Shown in pieces: positions 29,154 through 38,243 of a DNA stretch of 64,000 nucleotides; within the stretch, counting starts at the first letter, position 1; every line of letters starts with the position of its first letter. This stretch comes from Flavobacteriales bacterium (GTDB lineage Bacteria; Bacteroidota; Bacteroidia; Palsa-965), in contig JBEIPA010000021.1 of NCBI GenBank assembly GCA_040377305.1, positions 27,944 to 91,943 on the forward strand, in the 5' to 3' direction. The notes under the pieces were generated by a model. It was not told where the DNA came from. It saw only the letters and a list, made by a program, of their open reading frames with translations, and ran no database searches. Both the position numbers and the translations under genes were made by a program.

Positions 29154-29181
29154 TATAACAGCATATCGTTAAAAAGTTACT
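29154..29181 (-). promoter_or_regulatory. Putative ECF-sigma promoter AGTAAC-N15-TGTTATA
   Basis: Matches the motif at 1792 and 35317; 6 nt before the WG gene ATG. Confidence 0.45.
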
Positions 29182-29297
29182 TGAACTGTAGTTTTGACTT
29201 TATATCAGCTCTCAGGTACGGTTCAATTGCATCATTCGGAATAACTCTAAAAAGGATATGCAGGAAACTGCTGGTATAATGCACCGGGCAGCAAAAG
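29177..29297 (-). pseudogene. Frameshifted 3' remnant of a WG-repeat gene paralog
   Basis: Removing one T from a T5 run gives LLLPGALYQQFPAYPFRVIPNDAIEPYLRADIKSKLQFK*, resembling the adjacent protein end LPDRPVVFVPWTGLRAHLKPEMERKIFPH*. Confidence 0.4.
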
Positions 29298-30365
29298 TTA
29301 CCGTGAATTCACAACCTTAAGCGCAGCTTCGCTTTGGGTACGCCAGTATTCAAGGCTGTCCTTGTGAGTATCTCCTCCTGACTGAATTGATTTCGACTGG
29401 AATTCATAATAGTGCATCCTTGCAACCATGTAAGCTTGCAAATTCTCAAAGTACTGCTTGCCTTGTTCGTTCAGATCAAATCCGTCTATCGTATCCATCT
29501 GACTCAAACCGTAACGATATACTTCAAGTACGTTTTTGTCGATAGCCTCGGGTGTCTTGTACATGCCTTGCTCAAAATTATTTTCGGCACTTGATTCTCG
29601 CTGGCTGAAATCATTCATCATGACTTCAATTGTGCGCACGTACGCAAGTGGCGACTCTGCATTCATCACAAACCAACCGGTTGCACCAAGAATAACGAGG
29701 CAAGCAGCTACACAACCGATGAATTGTTTTTTCTTCTGATAAAAGTGTGCTTTGAGTTCCGGAAAAATGAAGTAACCACCAAGCATTCCCGCTCCGAGTC
29801 CACCAAGGTGAGCTGCATTGTCGATGTTCGCCTGCATGCCGATAAGTATCATCAGTCCGGCTGAAATGGCCATAGACCGAAGCATTTTCATTCTCACACT
29901 TTTCTCAATGAGATTGGTTGTGAGCAGAGCCAGAAGAATTCCAACTACACCGAGAATTGCTCCGGAAGCACCGGCACCTAATCCGAATGGATTCCACCAG
30001 ATACTCACTGCGCTTCCTGCTATTCCTGCGAATGTGTACAGCAATGCAAATCTCCACCAGCCAATAAACTGTTCAACCATCCGTCCAAGATTATTGAACG
30101 AAAACATATTCGCCGCTAAGTGAATGATTCCATAGTGCAGATAATTGCTCGTAAACAAACGCCAGTAATCGCCATTGAGCACGTCTGTAGAACTCGTTCC
30201 GCCCCAGGCACGCATGTCATCTGCTGTTGGCAATAGAGGGCTCACTCCGCTACCAATCATGATTAGCCACATGATTACATTCGCCGACAATATGATCGGT
30301 GTTACTTTCACGTCCTTCGTAGGAATGAAAATCTGAAGCCAGCCTGGAATTGGTGATGTTGACAT
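29298..30365 (-). CDS. Rhomboid family intramembrane serine protease
   Basis: YWRLFTS.YLHYGIIHLAAN, GASGAI catalytic Ser, NAAHLGG catalytic His; TACCTTTG box at 30371-30378. Confidence 0.93.
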   Translation of the reverse strand: MSTSPIPGWLQIFIPTKDVKVTPIILSANVIMWLIMIGSGVSPLLPTADDMRAWGGTSSTDVLNGDYWRLFTSNYLHYGIIHLAANMFSFNNLGRMVEQFIGWWRFALLYTFAGIAGSAVSIWWNPFGLGAGASGAILGVVGILLALLTTNLIEKSVRMKMLRSMAISAGLMILIGMQANIDNAAHLGGLGAGMLGGYFIFPELKAHFYQKKKQFIGCVAACLVILGATGWFVMNAESPLAYVRTIEVMMNDFSQRESSAENNFEQGMYKTPEAIDKNVLEVYRYGLSQMDTIDGFDLNEQGKQYFENLQAYMVARMHYYEFQSKSIQSGGDTHKDSLEYWRTQSEAALKVVNSR

Positions 30366-30376
30366 TGGCACAAAGG

Positions 30377-30494
30377 TAATGTGCTAATGGGTTAATTTGC
30401 TAATGGGTTAATTTGGTAATGTGCTAAAGGTGTATGGGTCGGCATCTAGTCCTAAAATCCCGTTGCAAATCACCACTAGCGAATTAACCCATTG
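30377..30494. repeat. Octamer array TAAT[GT][TG]GN x6 plus degenerate inverted copies
   Basis: TAATGTGC TAATGGGT TAATTTGC TAATGGGT TAATTTGG TAATGTGC ... GCAAATCA, GCGAATTA, ACCCATTG. Confidence 0.75.
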
Positions 30495-30518
30495 GTAAAT
30501 GCTGATGTCATGGCAAGG

Positions 30519-32390
30519 TTACTTTGGTTTCCGTACAACAAGCAACGGCACCTTAATGCTATGTCGCACACTGTTGATCGTAGCGCCAAAGAAAAGATCC
30601 TTCAGCATTTGATGACCGTGAGCTCCCATCACCACGAAGTCGCATTTTTTGTCTTCTACGAATTTCGGGATAGCAAGCTTAGGATTTCCGAAACCAAGTA
30701 CGATTTCATTGGTGTATCCTTCCTTCCCGAGTCGTTCAGAATATAGTTTCAATGCGGCATGATCGTATTCCGTTTCCTGATCTCCTGTTTCCTCCTCGAG
30801 CACACGTGCAATTGCAGTTTCAGTAATGTGAATCAATACGTACGAAGCATTCTTGCCTCCCTGTTGAAGTGCTGCTGAAATTGCATCAGAGTCGGTAGGA
30901 GAGAAGTCCACACAAACTGCAATACGCTTGTACGATTTACTTGCAGTGAGTTCGAGTTCGGCAGGTGCTCCGTGCAGTTGTGAGCGCTTGTTGCGTATCC
31001 TCCGGAAGAAGGGCGCGAAGGTTACGAATAACAGCAATCCACCAGTGATTACGCAAATCGGAATCACAATCAACATAAGAGCTAACGGAGATGAAGATTC
31101 ATTCACCCATTCTGTGAGCGTGGCAATCACCAGTTTCACATTCAGTGCAACGATGATGATGGCACTGATCCAGGCAGGATAAATGAGCCACGGCCCCGCA
31201 CGGAATTTACCCATGAGCGCTTTGTCGCCAACGAAGTGAATGAGCGGTATGACTGCAAATCCCAACTGCAGGCTCAATATGACCTGACTAAGTATGAGCA
31301 GGGCTTCGGATTTGCTTTCTCCTGCAATGAGAATTACAATCACCGCCGGAACAATTGCGATAAGTCGCGTTATGAGTCTTCTTATCCACGGTTGTAATCG
31401 GATATTGAGATATCCTTCCATTACAATCTGTCCGCTGAGCGTTCCGGTGAGCGTAGAACTTTGTCCTGCTGCAATCAATGCTATCGCAAATAGAACCGGT
31501 GCGATCGAATATCCGAGTGTCTCTCCTAACAAGGCATGGGCTTCCTGTATGGAATCAACTTCCTGATGATTCGTACTGAATGATGCAGCAGCGAGAATCA
31601 AAATTGCGGCATTCACGAACAACGCAAGGTTCAACGCAATTGCAGAATCAATTGTATTGTATTTAATTGCTTGCCGTATTCCGATTTCTGTTCGTTCTAT
31701 CTGCCGTGATTGTACCAATGAAGAATGTAAATAGAGATTGTGCGGCATTACGGTTGCTCCGATGATACCGATAGCGATATACAAAGCATCTGTGTTAGGA
31801 ATGCTTGGAATAATTCCTTCAGCAATTGCACGGAAATCCGGATTCGCAAAAATCAATTCGGCAAGAAACGATAAACCGATTATGCTGATGAGTAGAATAA
31901 TGAACGCCTCAATTTTCCGGATCCCGAATTTCTGAAGCCAGAGGAGGAGGAAAGTATCAAGAACAGTGATCGTAACACCAGCCAGCAGCGGCAATCCGGT
32001 GAGCAACTGAAATCCAATGGCCATACCGATTACCTCTGCAAGATCTGTAGCTGCAATTGCAATCTCAGCCAGAATCCACAGGAAGAAATTCACTCCTTTC
32101 GGATAATGCATTCGCGATGCCTGGGCGAGATCAAGTCCGGCAACAATTCCTAAACGAGCACTCAGGCTTTGAAGCAACAACGCAATCAGGTTCGACATAA
32201 CAAGAACCCAGATCAGCGCATAACCAAAGTGGCTACCACCTGCAATATCGGTCGCCCAGTTTCCCGGATCCATATAACCGATACTCACCAGATATGCGGG
32301 CCCAATGAATGCAAGCATCCGCCTCCATCCGGTTTTGTGTTTACCGGTTGGAACTGACTGGTTGATTTCCTGCATCGATGTATTACGCAT
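30519..32390 (-). CDS. mntH: Nramp family Mn2+/Fe2+ transporter with C-terminal universal stress protein domain
   Basis: GYMDPGNW, GATVMPHNLYLHS, GQSSTLTGT; C-terminal RIAVCVDFS...VVMGAHGH...FGAT...VPLLVV. Confidence 0.93.
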   Translation of the reverse strand: MRNTSMQEINQSVPTGKHKTGWRRMLAFIGPAYLVSIGYMDPGNWATDIAGGSHFGYALIWVLVMSNLIALLLQSLSARLGIVAGLDLAQASRMHYPKGVNFFLWILAEIAIAATDLAEVIGMAIGFQLLTGLPLLAGVTITVLDTFLLLWLQKFGIRKIEAFIILLISIIGLSFLAELIFANPDFRAIAEGIIPSIPNTDALYIAIGIIGATVMPHNLYLHSSLVQSRQIERTEIGIRQAIKYNTIDSAIALNLALFVNAAILILAAASFSTNHQEVDSIQEAHALLGETLGYSIAPVLFAIALIAAGQSSTLTGTLSGQIVMEGYLNIRLQPWIRRLITRLIAIVPAVIVILIAGESKSEALLILSQVILSLQLGFAVIPLIHFVGDKALMGKFRAGPWLIYPAWISAIIIVALNVKLVIATLTEWVNESSSPLALMLIVIPICVITGGLLLFVTFAPFFRRIRNKRSQLHGAPAELELTASKSYKRIAVCVDFSPTDSDAISAALQQGGKNASYVLIHITETAIARVLEEETGDQETEYDHAALKLYSERLGKEGYTNEIVLGFGNPKLAIPKFVEDKKCDFVVMGAHGHQMLKDLFFGATINSVRHSIKVPLLVVRKPK

Positions 32391-32396
32391 ACGTCT

Positions 32397-33083
32397 CTAT
32401 TTCTTTTTCTCCGATTGGAGTACTTTGGACAGCTTCACTAAGATGTTCTTCGCTGCGTTTTGCGAAATCGTGATTGCAGCTTTGTTGTTCACTTTGATCT
32501 TCAGCGACTGATCGAACTCGATGACCTGTTCGATTGTGATTGCCGAGCCCAAACCAATTCCATGCTCATCGAGATATCGAAGAAATATTGCGGAGTGTTC
32601 AGATACACCGGTCATGACTACAGCCTGACCTGCTTTCACTAGTGAAAGTGAAACACTCGCGGCATCAGTAAGCTTTCCTGTTTTGTCGGGAATAGGATCA
32701 CCATGCGGATCGAACTTCGGGAAATCCAAAAACTTGTCGAGCCTGTCTGTCAGATTCTCCGAGAAGATATGTTCCAGCTGTTCTGCAATTTCGTGTACTT
32801 CATCCCAACGGTAATCGAGTTTTTCCACAAGGAACACTTCCCATAATCTATGTTTGCGAACGATACTTAAAGCCACTCTGCGCCCCTCAGCAGTCAGTTT
32901 AACGCCCTGGTATTTCTGGTACTGAATCAACTTCTTATCAGCAAGTTTCTTCAGCATATCAGTAACAGATGCAGCGCGCGTCTTTACTTCGGCCGCAATG
33001 CTGTTGGTGCTCACGTTGGCGATTCCCGCTTCATGAAGCTTCCAGATGGCTTTGAGATAGTTCTCTTCGGAATGTGTTGGCAT
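32397..33083 (-). CDS. mntR: DtxR/MntR family metal-dependent repressor with FeoA-like domain
   Basis: SEENYLKAI, SVTDMLKKL, RKHRLWEVFL, VHEIAEQLEH, DPHGDPIP. Confidence 0.92.
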   Translation of the reverse strand: MPTHSEENYLKAIWKLHEAGIANVSTNSIAAEVKTRAASVTDMLKKLADKKLIQYQKYQGVKLTAEGRRVALSIVRKHRLWEVFLVEKLDYRWDEVHEIAEQLEHIFSENLTDRLDKFLDFPKFDPHGDPIPDKTGKLTDAASVSLSLVKAGQAVVMTGVSEHSAIFLRYLDEHGIGLGSAITIEQVIEFDQSLKIKVNNKAAITISQNAAKNILVKLSKVLQSEKKK

Positions 33084-33111
33084 AACCGGAATTTGAACAA
33101 AGGTAAATAGA

Positions 33112-33129
33112 TTTTAGATATGCCTAAAA
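33112..33129. promoter_or_regulatory. DtxR/MntR-type operator next to the mntR promoter
   Basis: TTTTAGATATGCCTAAAA near-palindrome beside a minus-strand TACCTTTG box at 33098-33105. Confidence 0.75.
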
Positions 33130-33236
33130 AATATTTTAGATGAAATTTGTTCTTCGGATTGCATCATTCCGGAGAGCATGAGTCGCATGGCGGTGGAACT
33201 TGTCTGGAATCCGGGCGTGTACTCAGGGAAGGGCAC

Positions 33237-33268
33237 AAAAAAAGGGATCAACTCGTGATCCCTTTTTT
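33237..33268 (-). terminator. Rho-independent terminator
   Basis: A-run-GGGATCA-ACTCG-TGATCCC-T-run, just after the stop at 33286. Confidence 0.8.
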
Positions 33269-33285
33269 AATATCGTGTGATTCCC

Positions 33286-35238
33286 TTATCGCTGCAAGTG
33301 AACGAAACCTGTTTTTGTAATCGGCTCCATGTCGAGGTGGCAACGTGATGTATACTTCACTATGTAGTAGTAGACACCTACGTTTCCTTCTTTCTTGTCA
33401 ATTTTTCCGTCCCAACCATACTTGTGGTCATTCGTATAGAAAATTTCTACGCCCCAACGGTCGTACACCCACATCTCGAAGTAACCGATGTACATCAACT
33501 CAAAATCGTAAGCTGGCTGTGAAGTACCGCCCGTTTGGAACGCTACTGTTTCATCGTAGAACGGATAGAAGAAATCGTTTTTGCCATCACCGTTTGGAGT
33601 GAAGATGTTCACGAGCGTATCTGCCAGGAACGAATTCACAGGAGGAATATAGGAGATGATAATAGAATCTGTTATCGGACATGGTGATGTTCCATATTCG
33701 CAGTAGTAAACGTCACCGAGCTGCGGGTTGGATACCAGATACGATTGTGAAGTTGCACCCGGGATTGGATTTCCTTGAGCATCCATCCACTGGTAACTTG
33801 GTTGTCCCGGGATTCCGAAGAGCGTAATCTCATCATCACCGAAGCAGAACTGCGTGGTAATCGCAGCAGTATCTAATAGTGGCGGATTAATAAGTGTGAC
33901 CTGCGCTGTATCCCTACAACCAATGGAATCGATGGTAATAACTTCATAAGTTCCGGCAGTTAGTCCGGTTGCATTTGGTCCGATCTGCGGAGGGAAAGTG
34001 TTCCAGATATAGGTTTCAGGTGGAATACAGTTTGCGCAAGATTGTGCGGCGCTACCATTATTCTGACCATAACAAATCGGATCAACACCACTGATTGAAG
34101 TCTGAAGAAGTGTAAGGTTGATTACAACGTTCAATACTGTTACGCATGAAGTATCTGCAATCGCGTGCATTACTACTGAGAACGTATCACCCTGAACAGC
34201 GTTAGGAACGAAAAGTGAATCGTTGGTTGCGCCAATAATAGGTGAACCGTTTGGATAGTACCACTGGTAGTCACCGAATCCTGGAGGACCTACGAGGAAT
34301 GCTCCTGGCGAACCTGGGCAGAATGTAGCTGATACTGCATCGGCAATACTAGAGCAAGATGCGTCAACGTATGCCATTGCGTAGTGTCCGCTAAAAATAC
34401 AACCTGCAGCAAGGAACCGAACTGTAATGCTCTGGTTCACGAACGCAGATAAGTCGAAAGATACCGTAGTCCAAGGACGGTAATAGATACTACCGCCGCA
34501 ATTCGTGAAGCCTACGTTATTTACTCCTGCAGAAACATAATACTGCGCACATCCATTCACCGCATTGCCTAGTGAATCAAATACAGAAATCTGGAAATAG
34601 GGTTGTTCAGATGCGGAGTGACCTCCATCGTCAAGTACTACAGCATAACGGTAGGTGAATTGCGTGTTAGCAGGATCCACAACAAATGTTTGTTCGATAG
34701 CTTCTCCCTGATAACCTGCAGTCGTATTTCCAAGACGCGCCGTAAAGGTTCCAAAACCAGCAGGGCACACAGAAAATCCTCCGCAAGCATCATTACCACC
34801 AGGTGCTGACATAATAGAATGACGCGCCGAAGCATCGTTTTCAGCCGGATTAAGTGCACCTGTAGCTATTCCTGGGACGATGTTCTGCAGAGGACCTAGT
34901 GAACTAACCGTATTATCACCCACGTAACCGCTCCAACCAGTGAAATCTCCGGTTTCGAAGCCCATGTTAGTACAAGGAGTCATCGGTACAACCGGGGAAG
35001 GATTCCCTAGACGCTCAGTACCATACTTAGATCGTAGGAACCGATCTTCGTTCGCCTTCATAAACTTCGCAGCTTCCCATTGTGGCAGATTTGCCTGAAA
35101 TGCGATTGCTGAAATACTGTCTGCATTAAATCCTACAAGAGAATCTGTACGAGACGGTTGAGTTTGAGTTGTCGTTTGTGCCGATAAAACGGTCACAATG
35201 AAACAAGAAGACAGGATTGTCAGTAAAGATTTTTTCAT
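33286..35238 (-). CDS. T9SS type B (gliding-motility CTD) surface protein with SprB-like repeat
   Basis: NIFTPNGDGKNDFF...VYDRWG...WDG...GVYYY...KTGFVHLQR; CTNMGFETGDFTGW N-terminal domain. Confidence 0.9.
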   Translation of the reverse strand: MKKSLLTILSSCFIVTVLSAQTTTQTQPSRTDSLVGFNADSISAIAFQANLPQWEAAKFMKANEDRFLRSKYGTERLGNPSPVVPMTPCTNMGFETGDFTGWSGYVGDNTVSSLGPLQNIVPGIATGALNPAENDASARHSIMSAPGGNDACGGFSVCPAGFGTFTARLGNTTAGYQGEAIEQTFVVDPANTQFTYRYAVVLDDGGHSASEQPYFQISVFDSLGNAVNGCAQYYVSAGVNNVGFTNCGGSIYYRPWTTVSFDLSAFVNQSITVRFLAAGCIFSGHYAMAYVDASCSSIADAVSATFCPGSPGAFLVGPPGFGDYQWYYPNGSPIIGATNDSLFVPNAVQGDTFSVVMHAIADTSCVTVLNVVINLTLLQTSISGVDPICYGQNNGSAAQSCANCIPPETYIWNTFPPQIGPNATGLTAGTYEVITIDSIGCRDTAQVTLINPPLLDTAAITTQFCFGDDEITLFGIPGQPSYQWMDAQGNPIPGATSQSYLVSNPQLGDVYYCEYGTSPCPITDSIIISYIPPVNSFLADTLVNIFTPNGDGKNDFFYPFYDETVAFQTGGTSQPAYDFELMYIGYFEMWVYDRWGVEIFYTNDHKYGWDGKIDKKEGNVGVYYYIVKYTSRCHLDMEPITKTGFVHLQR

Positions 35239-35316
35239 ACGAATGTTTAATATGCCTGAAATGCTAAAGTACTACTATTCCGTCAATTAGCAATTAGAGG
35301 CTGTGTTTGCCGTTTG

Positions 35317-35344
35317 TATAACGATTTGCCGTAATAAAGATACA
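35317..35344 (-). promoter_or_regulatory. Putative ECF-sigma promoter TGTATC-N15-CGTTATA
   Basis: Third copy of the motif, oriented toward the type B T9SS gene. Confidence 0.45.
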
Positions 35345-35425
35345 GATGTAATATTAAGAGGGCGGATTTTTGCTTACCTTTTTCCTGTCAAATTTACTCA
35401 GGTCTTACGCGTTCAAAACCACCGA

Positions 35426-37150
35426 ATGAGACATTTTTTACTCTTTTTCTGTACCTTATTTACCATTCAGGGGCTGGCTCAACAGCCTGTATTACCGGCA
35501 ACAATGGCACCCGGAGAACCTGCGATGATGCAAGGTTATCTGAATAATATTGAACCTAACGGAATCACAACTCCTCCTGCTTCTCCGGTTCGCACCGCAG
35601 CTGAATGGGAAGAAATTCAGGCAATCACCATTACGTGGACTTCCTATACTTCGGTTCTGCGTCAGATTATTCTTGCGGCGCAGCAAGAGTGTAAAGTATA
35701 TATCATCTGCAGCGACTCGAACACCGTTAAGAATAACCTGAATGCGAATAGTATTCCACTCACAAACGTTTGTTACATCATCGCACCATATAATAGTGTC
35801 TGGATTCGTGATTACGGCCAGAACACGGTTTATACAAACGATGTCGACTCTCTCATACTGGTAGACTGGATTTACAATCGTCCTCGTCCGCGCGACGACA
35901 CCGTTCCGCGTAGTGTTGCACGTGCATTCAACATTCCGATTTACGAAACAACACAATCACCGAATGACATTGTGCACACGGGAGGCAACTGGATGTCTGA
36001 CGGATTGGGAACGGCATTTTCATCAGAACTCGTACTCGATGAAAATCAGAATCACACGCAGGCAGAAATCGATTCTATTCATGCGCATTTCATGGGAATC
36101 AATCGCTATGTGAAAATGGAAACGCTTCCGTACGATGGCATTCACCACATTGATATGCACATCAAATTGCTGGACGAACAAACACTTCTTGTTGGACAAT
36201 ATCCGGTTGGTGTTGCTGATGGTCCGCAGATCGAAGCGAATCTGCAATACGTGTTGTCGAATTTCCTGACACCGAATGGAACACCATATCGTATTGTACG
36301 CATTCCAATGCCACCAGAACAAGCGAGCGGAGATTATCCGGATCAGGGTGGAGATTATCTGACGTATGCGAATGCAACTTTCATCAACAAAACAATCATT
36401 GTTCCTCAATACTATATGCAGTACGACACAACTGCATTGAGAATCTGGCGCGAAGCATGTCCTGGATACAATGTGGTTGGAATCAATTCGAACACGACAA
36501 TCAGTGCGAGTGGTTCACTGCATTGCATCACACATTGCGTGGGAACCGACGATCCGCTTTTGATATCGCACTTCGGATTACCGAATACAACCAATACGAT
36601 TACACCTTATCAGGTTGATGCGCGCATTCAGCACCGATCAGGAATTCAGGCTGCAACATTGTATTACACGTTCGATACGCTGCAGCCTTATACTGCGGTT
36701 TCAATGGCATTAACCAATGCTGCATTAAACACCTGGACGGGTTACATTCCTGCGCAGCCTGTGGGCACGCATGTTTACTACTACATTGCAGCAACTGCAA
36801 ATTCCGGTAAGTCACAGGTTCGTCCAATGCCTGCGCCAGATGCATACTTTCCTTTCGAAGTAACTGGTCCGTTGGCTGTGGAAGAAATCATGGAGCCTGT
36901 GTTCAGTCACGCGTTTCCAAATCCATCACATGGTTTGACTTGTGTTCCATTGAACATGCCAGGCCAGGATGAAGGTCGTATGGTGTTGATTGATATGACT
37001 GGTCGCGAAGTAATGGTCGTTCATCAGGGAACGTTTGTTCAAGGCGAGAAGAATTATTTCCTCAATACAGAAACATTGGAAGCCGGTGCTTATCAGCTCG
37101 TGCTTATGACCAACAATTATCGCGTATCGCAACCATTGATGGTTCGTTAA
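35426..37150 (+). CDS. Secreted agmatine/peptidylarginine deiminase family protein with T9SS type A domain
   Basis: AEWEE, WIRDYG, GGN, HIDMH, GSLHCIT catalytic motifs; FPNPS...GAYQLVL C-terminus. Confidence 0.9.
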   Translation: MRHFLLFFCTLFTIQGLAQQPVLPATMAPGEPAMMQGYLNNIEPNGITTPPASPVRTAAEWEEIQAITITWTSYTSVLRQIILAAQQECKVYIICSDSNTVKNNLNANSIPLTNVCYIIAPYNSVWIRDYGQNTVYTNDVDSLILVDWIYNRPRPRDDTVPRSVARAFNIPIYETTQSPNDIVHTGGNWMSDGLGTAFSSELVLDENQNHTQAEIDSIHAHFMGINRYVKMETLPYDGIHHIDMHIKLLDEQTLLVGQYPVGVADGPQIEANLQYVLSNFLTPNGTPYRIVRIPMPPEQASGDYPDQGGDYLTYANATFINKTIIVPQYYMQYDTTALRIWREACPGYNVVGINSNTTISASGSLHCITHCVGTDDPLLISHFGLPNTTNTITPYQVDARIQHRSGIQAATLYYTFDTLQPYTAVSMALTNAALNTWTGYIPAQPVGTHVYYYIAATANSGKSQVRPMPAPDAYFPFEVTGPLAVEEIMEPVFSHAFPNPSHGLTCVPLNMPGQDEGRMVLIDMTGREVMVVHQGTFVQGEKNYFLNTETLEAGAYQLVLMTNNYRVSQPLMVR

Positions 37151-37159
37151 TATTTACAA

Positions 37160-37462
37160 GTGATGAGAGCAAAGAAGGGTAACGAATACACCATGAAGGA
37201 AGCGCTGAATGAAATGTTGAAGACATATCGTCTCGACACGAAACTTGGCGAAACCAAAGTTATAAACGCCTGGGAAAAGGTGATGGGTGCCGTGATTGCC
37301 AAATACACGAAAGAGGTTCGCGTGCGCGACGGCGTATTATACATTACACTCACATCAGCAGCAGTGAAACAGGAATTGTCTTATCGTCGCACTGAAATTG
37401 CTCAGCAACTTAATGCGGAGTGTGGTGCCGACATTATCAGGGAGGTCGTGATTAACGGGTGA
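37160..37462 (+). CDS. DUF721/DciA family protein
   Basis: AWEKVMG..IAKYT....VRDGVLYITLTSAAVKQELSY. Confidence 0.85.
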   Translation: MMRAKKGNEYTMKEALNEMLKTYRLDTKLGETKVINAWEKVMGAVIAKYTKEVRVRDGVLYITLTSAAVKQELSYRRTEIAQQLNAECGADIIREVVING

Positions 37463-37463
37463 T

Positions 37464-37991
37464 ATGAAACAGATTTCCAAGGCGATTGTTTTCGCGGCGC
37501 AGTGTCATTCGGGTCAGTACCGCAAAGACGGTAAGACTCCGTATATCAATCATCCGCTCGAGGTAATGAACCTGGTTGTGACGCATGTTGAAAGTCCTCA
37601 CCACGATGTTTTGATTGCAGCCGTGTTGCATGATGTTGTGGAAGACACCAGTGTTACTTCCTCGGAAATCAAACACATGTTCGGAGCGCAAGTCGCGAAA
37701 CTTGTTGCAGAACTCACCGACGATAAAACACTCTCGAAAGAGGAACGCAAACGAATTCAGCTTTCAGAAGTCCATGCACTTTCTGAAGAAGGAAAATTGC
37801 TTCGTCTCTGCGATAAGATTTGTAATGTGTACGACATTCTCTACGCTCCTCCCGGAGATTGGGACATGATCCGCAGAATGGATTATCTCCATTGGGCAAA
37901 AGCCGTGGTTGATAAAATTCGCGGCACGCATCGTATTCTCGAAACGAGATTTGATGAGCTGTATGCAGCGGGGTTGAAACTGCTGAAATAA
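37464..37991 (+). CDS. HD-domain (p)ppGpp hydrolase, Mesh1/small alarmone hydrolase type
   Basis: AA..H.GQ.RKD..TPYINHP, AAVLHDVVEDT, ELTDDK, DKICN. Confidence 0.88.
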   Translation: MKQISKAIVFAAQCHSGQYRKDGKTPYINHPLEVMNLVVTHVESPHHDVLIAAVLHDVVEDTSVTSSEIKHMFGAQVAKLVAELTDDKTLSKEERKRIQLSEVHALSEEGKLLRLCDKICNVYDILYAPPGDWDMIRRMDYLHWAKAVVDKIRGTHRILETRFDELYAAGLKLLK

Positions 37992-38242
37992 TGTGCTAAT
38001 GTGCTAATGGGTTAATGTGTTAACCGGGTGTTGAAAAAAACATTACTGCAGGTAAGACTCATTTGGGTCAGAAAAATATTTGGAATTGAGTTTTTGGCGT
38101 TTATACATTTGAAGCCAAATTTTTCAAAACCAAATTATAGAGATTAAGAAAATACAGTCCGCAATCATTTCTAGATGAATGCAAAATGGCTGAAACGATT
38201 GTTGCGTTTAGCACATTATCACATTATCACATTAGCACATTG
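37989..38242. repeat. Octamer array TAATGTGC-like x4 and inverted array x4 flanking a ~190-bp AT-rich spacer
   Basis: 37989-38020 and 38211-38242; same unit as the array at 30377. Confidence 0.75.
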
Positions 38243-38243
38243 A

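Noticed and set aside
33130-33236. Mn-sensing yybP-ykoY riboswitch upstream of mntR-mntH
   Set aside because: The -7 box and operator lie downstream of this stretch, so it would not be in the leader, and I could not identify the consensus.
38045-38090. AGKTHLGQK Walker-A-like peptide in the spacer
   Set aside because: Very short frame closed by a stop and lacking the upstream Gly; likely chance.
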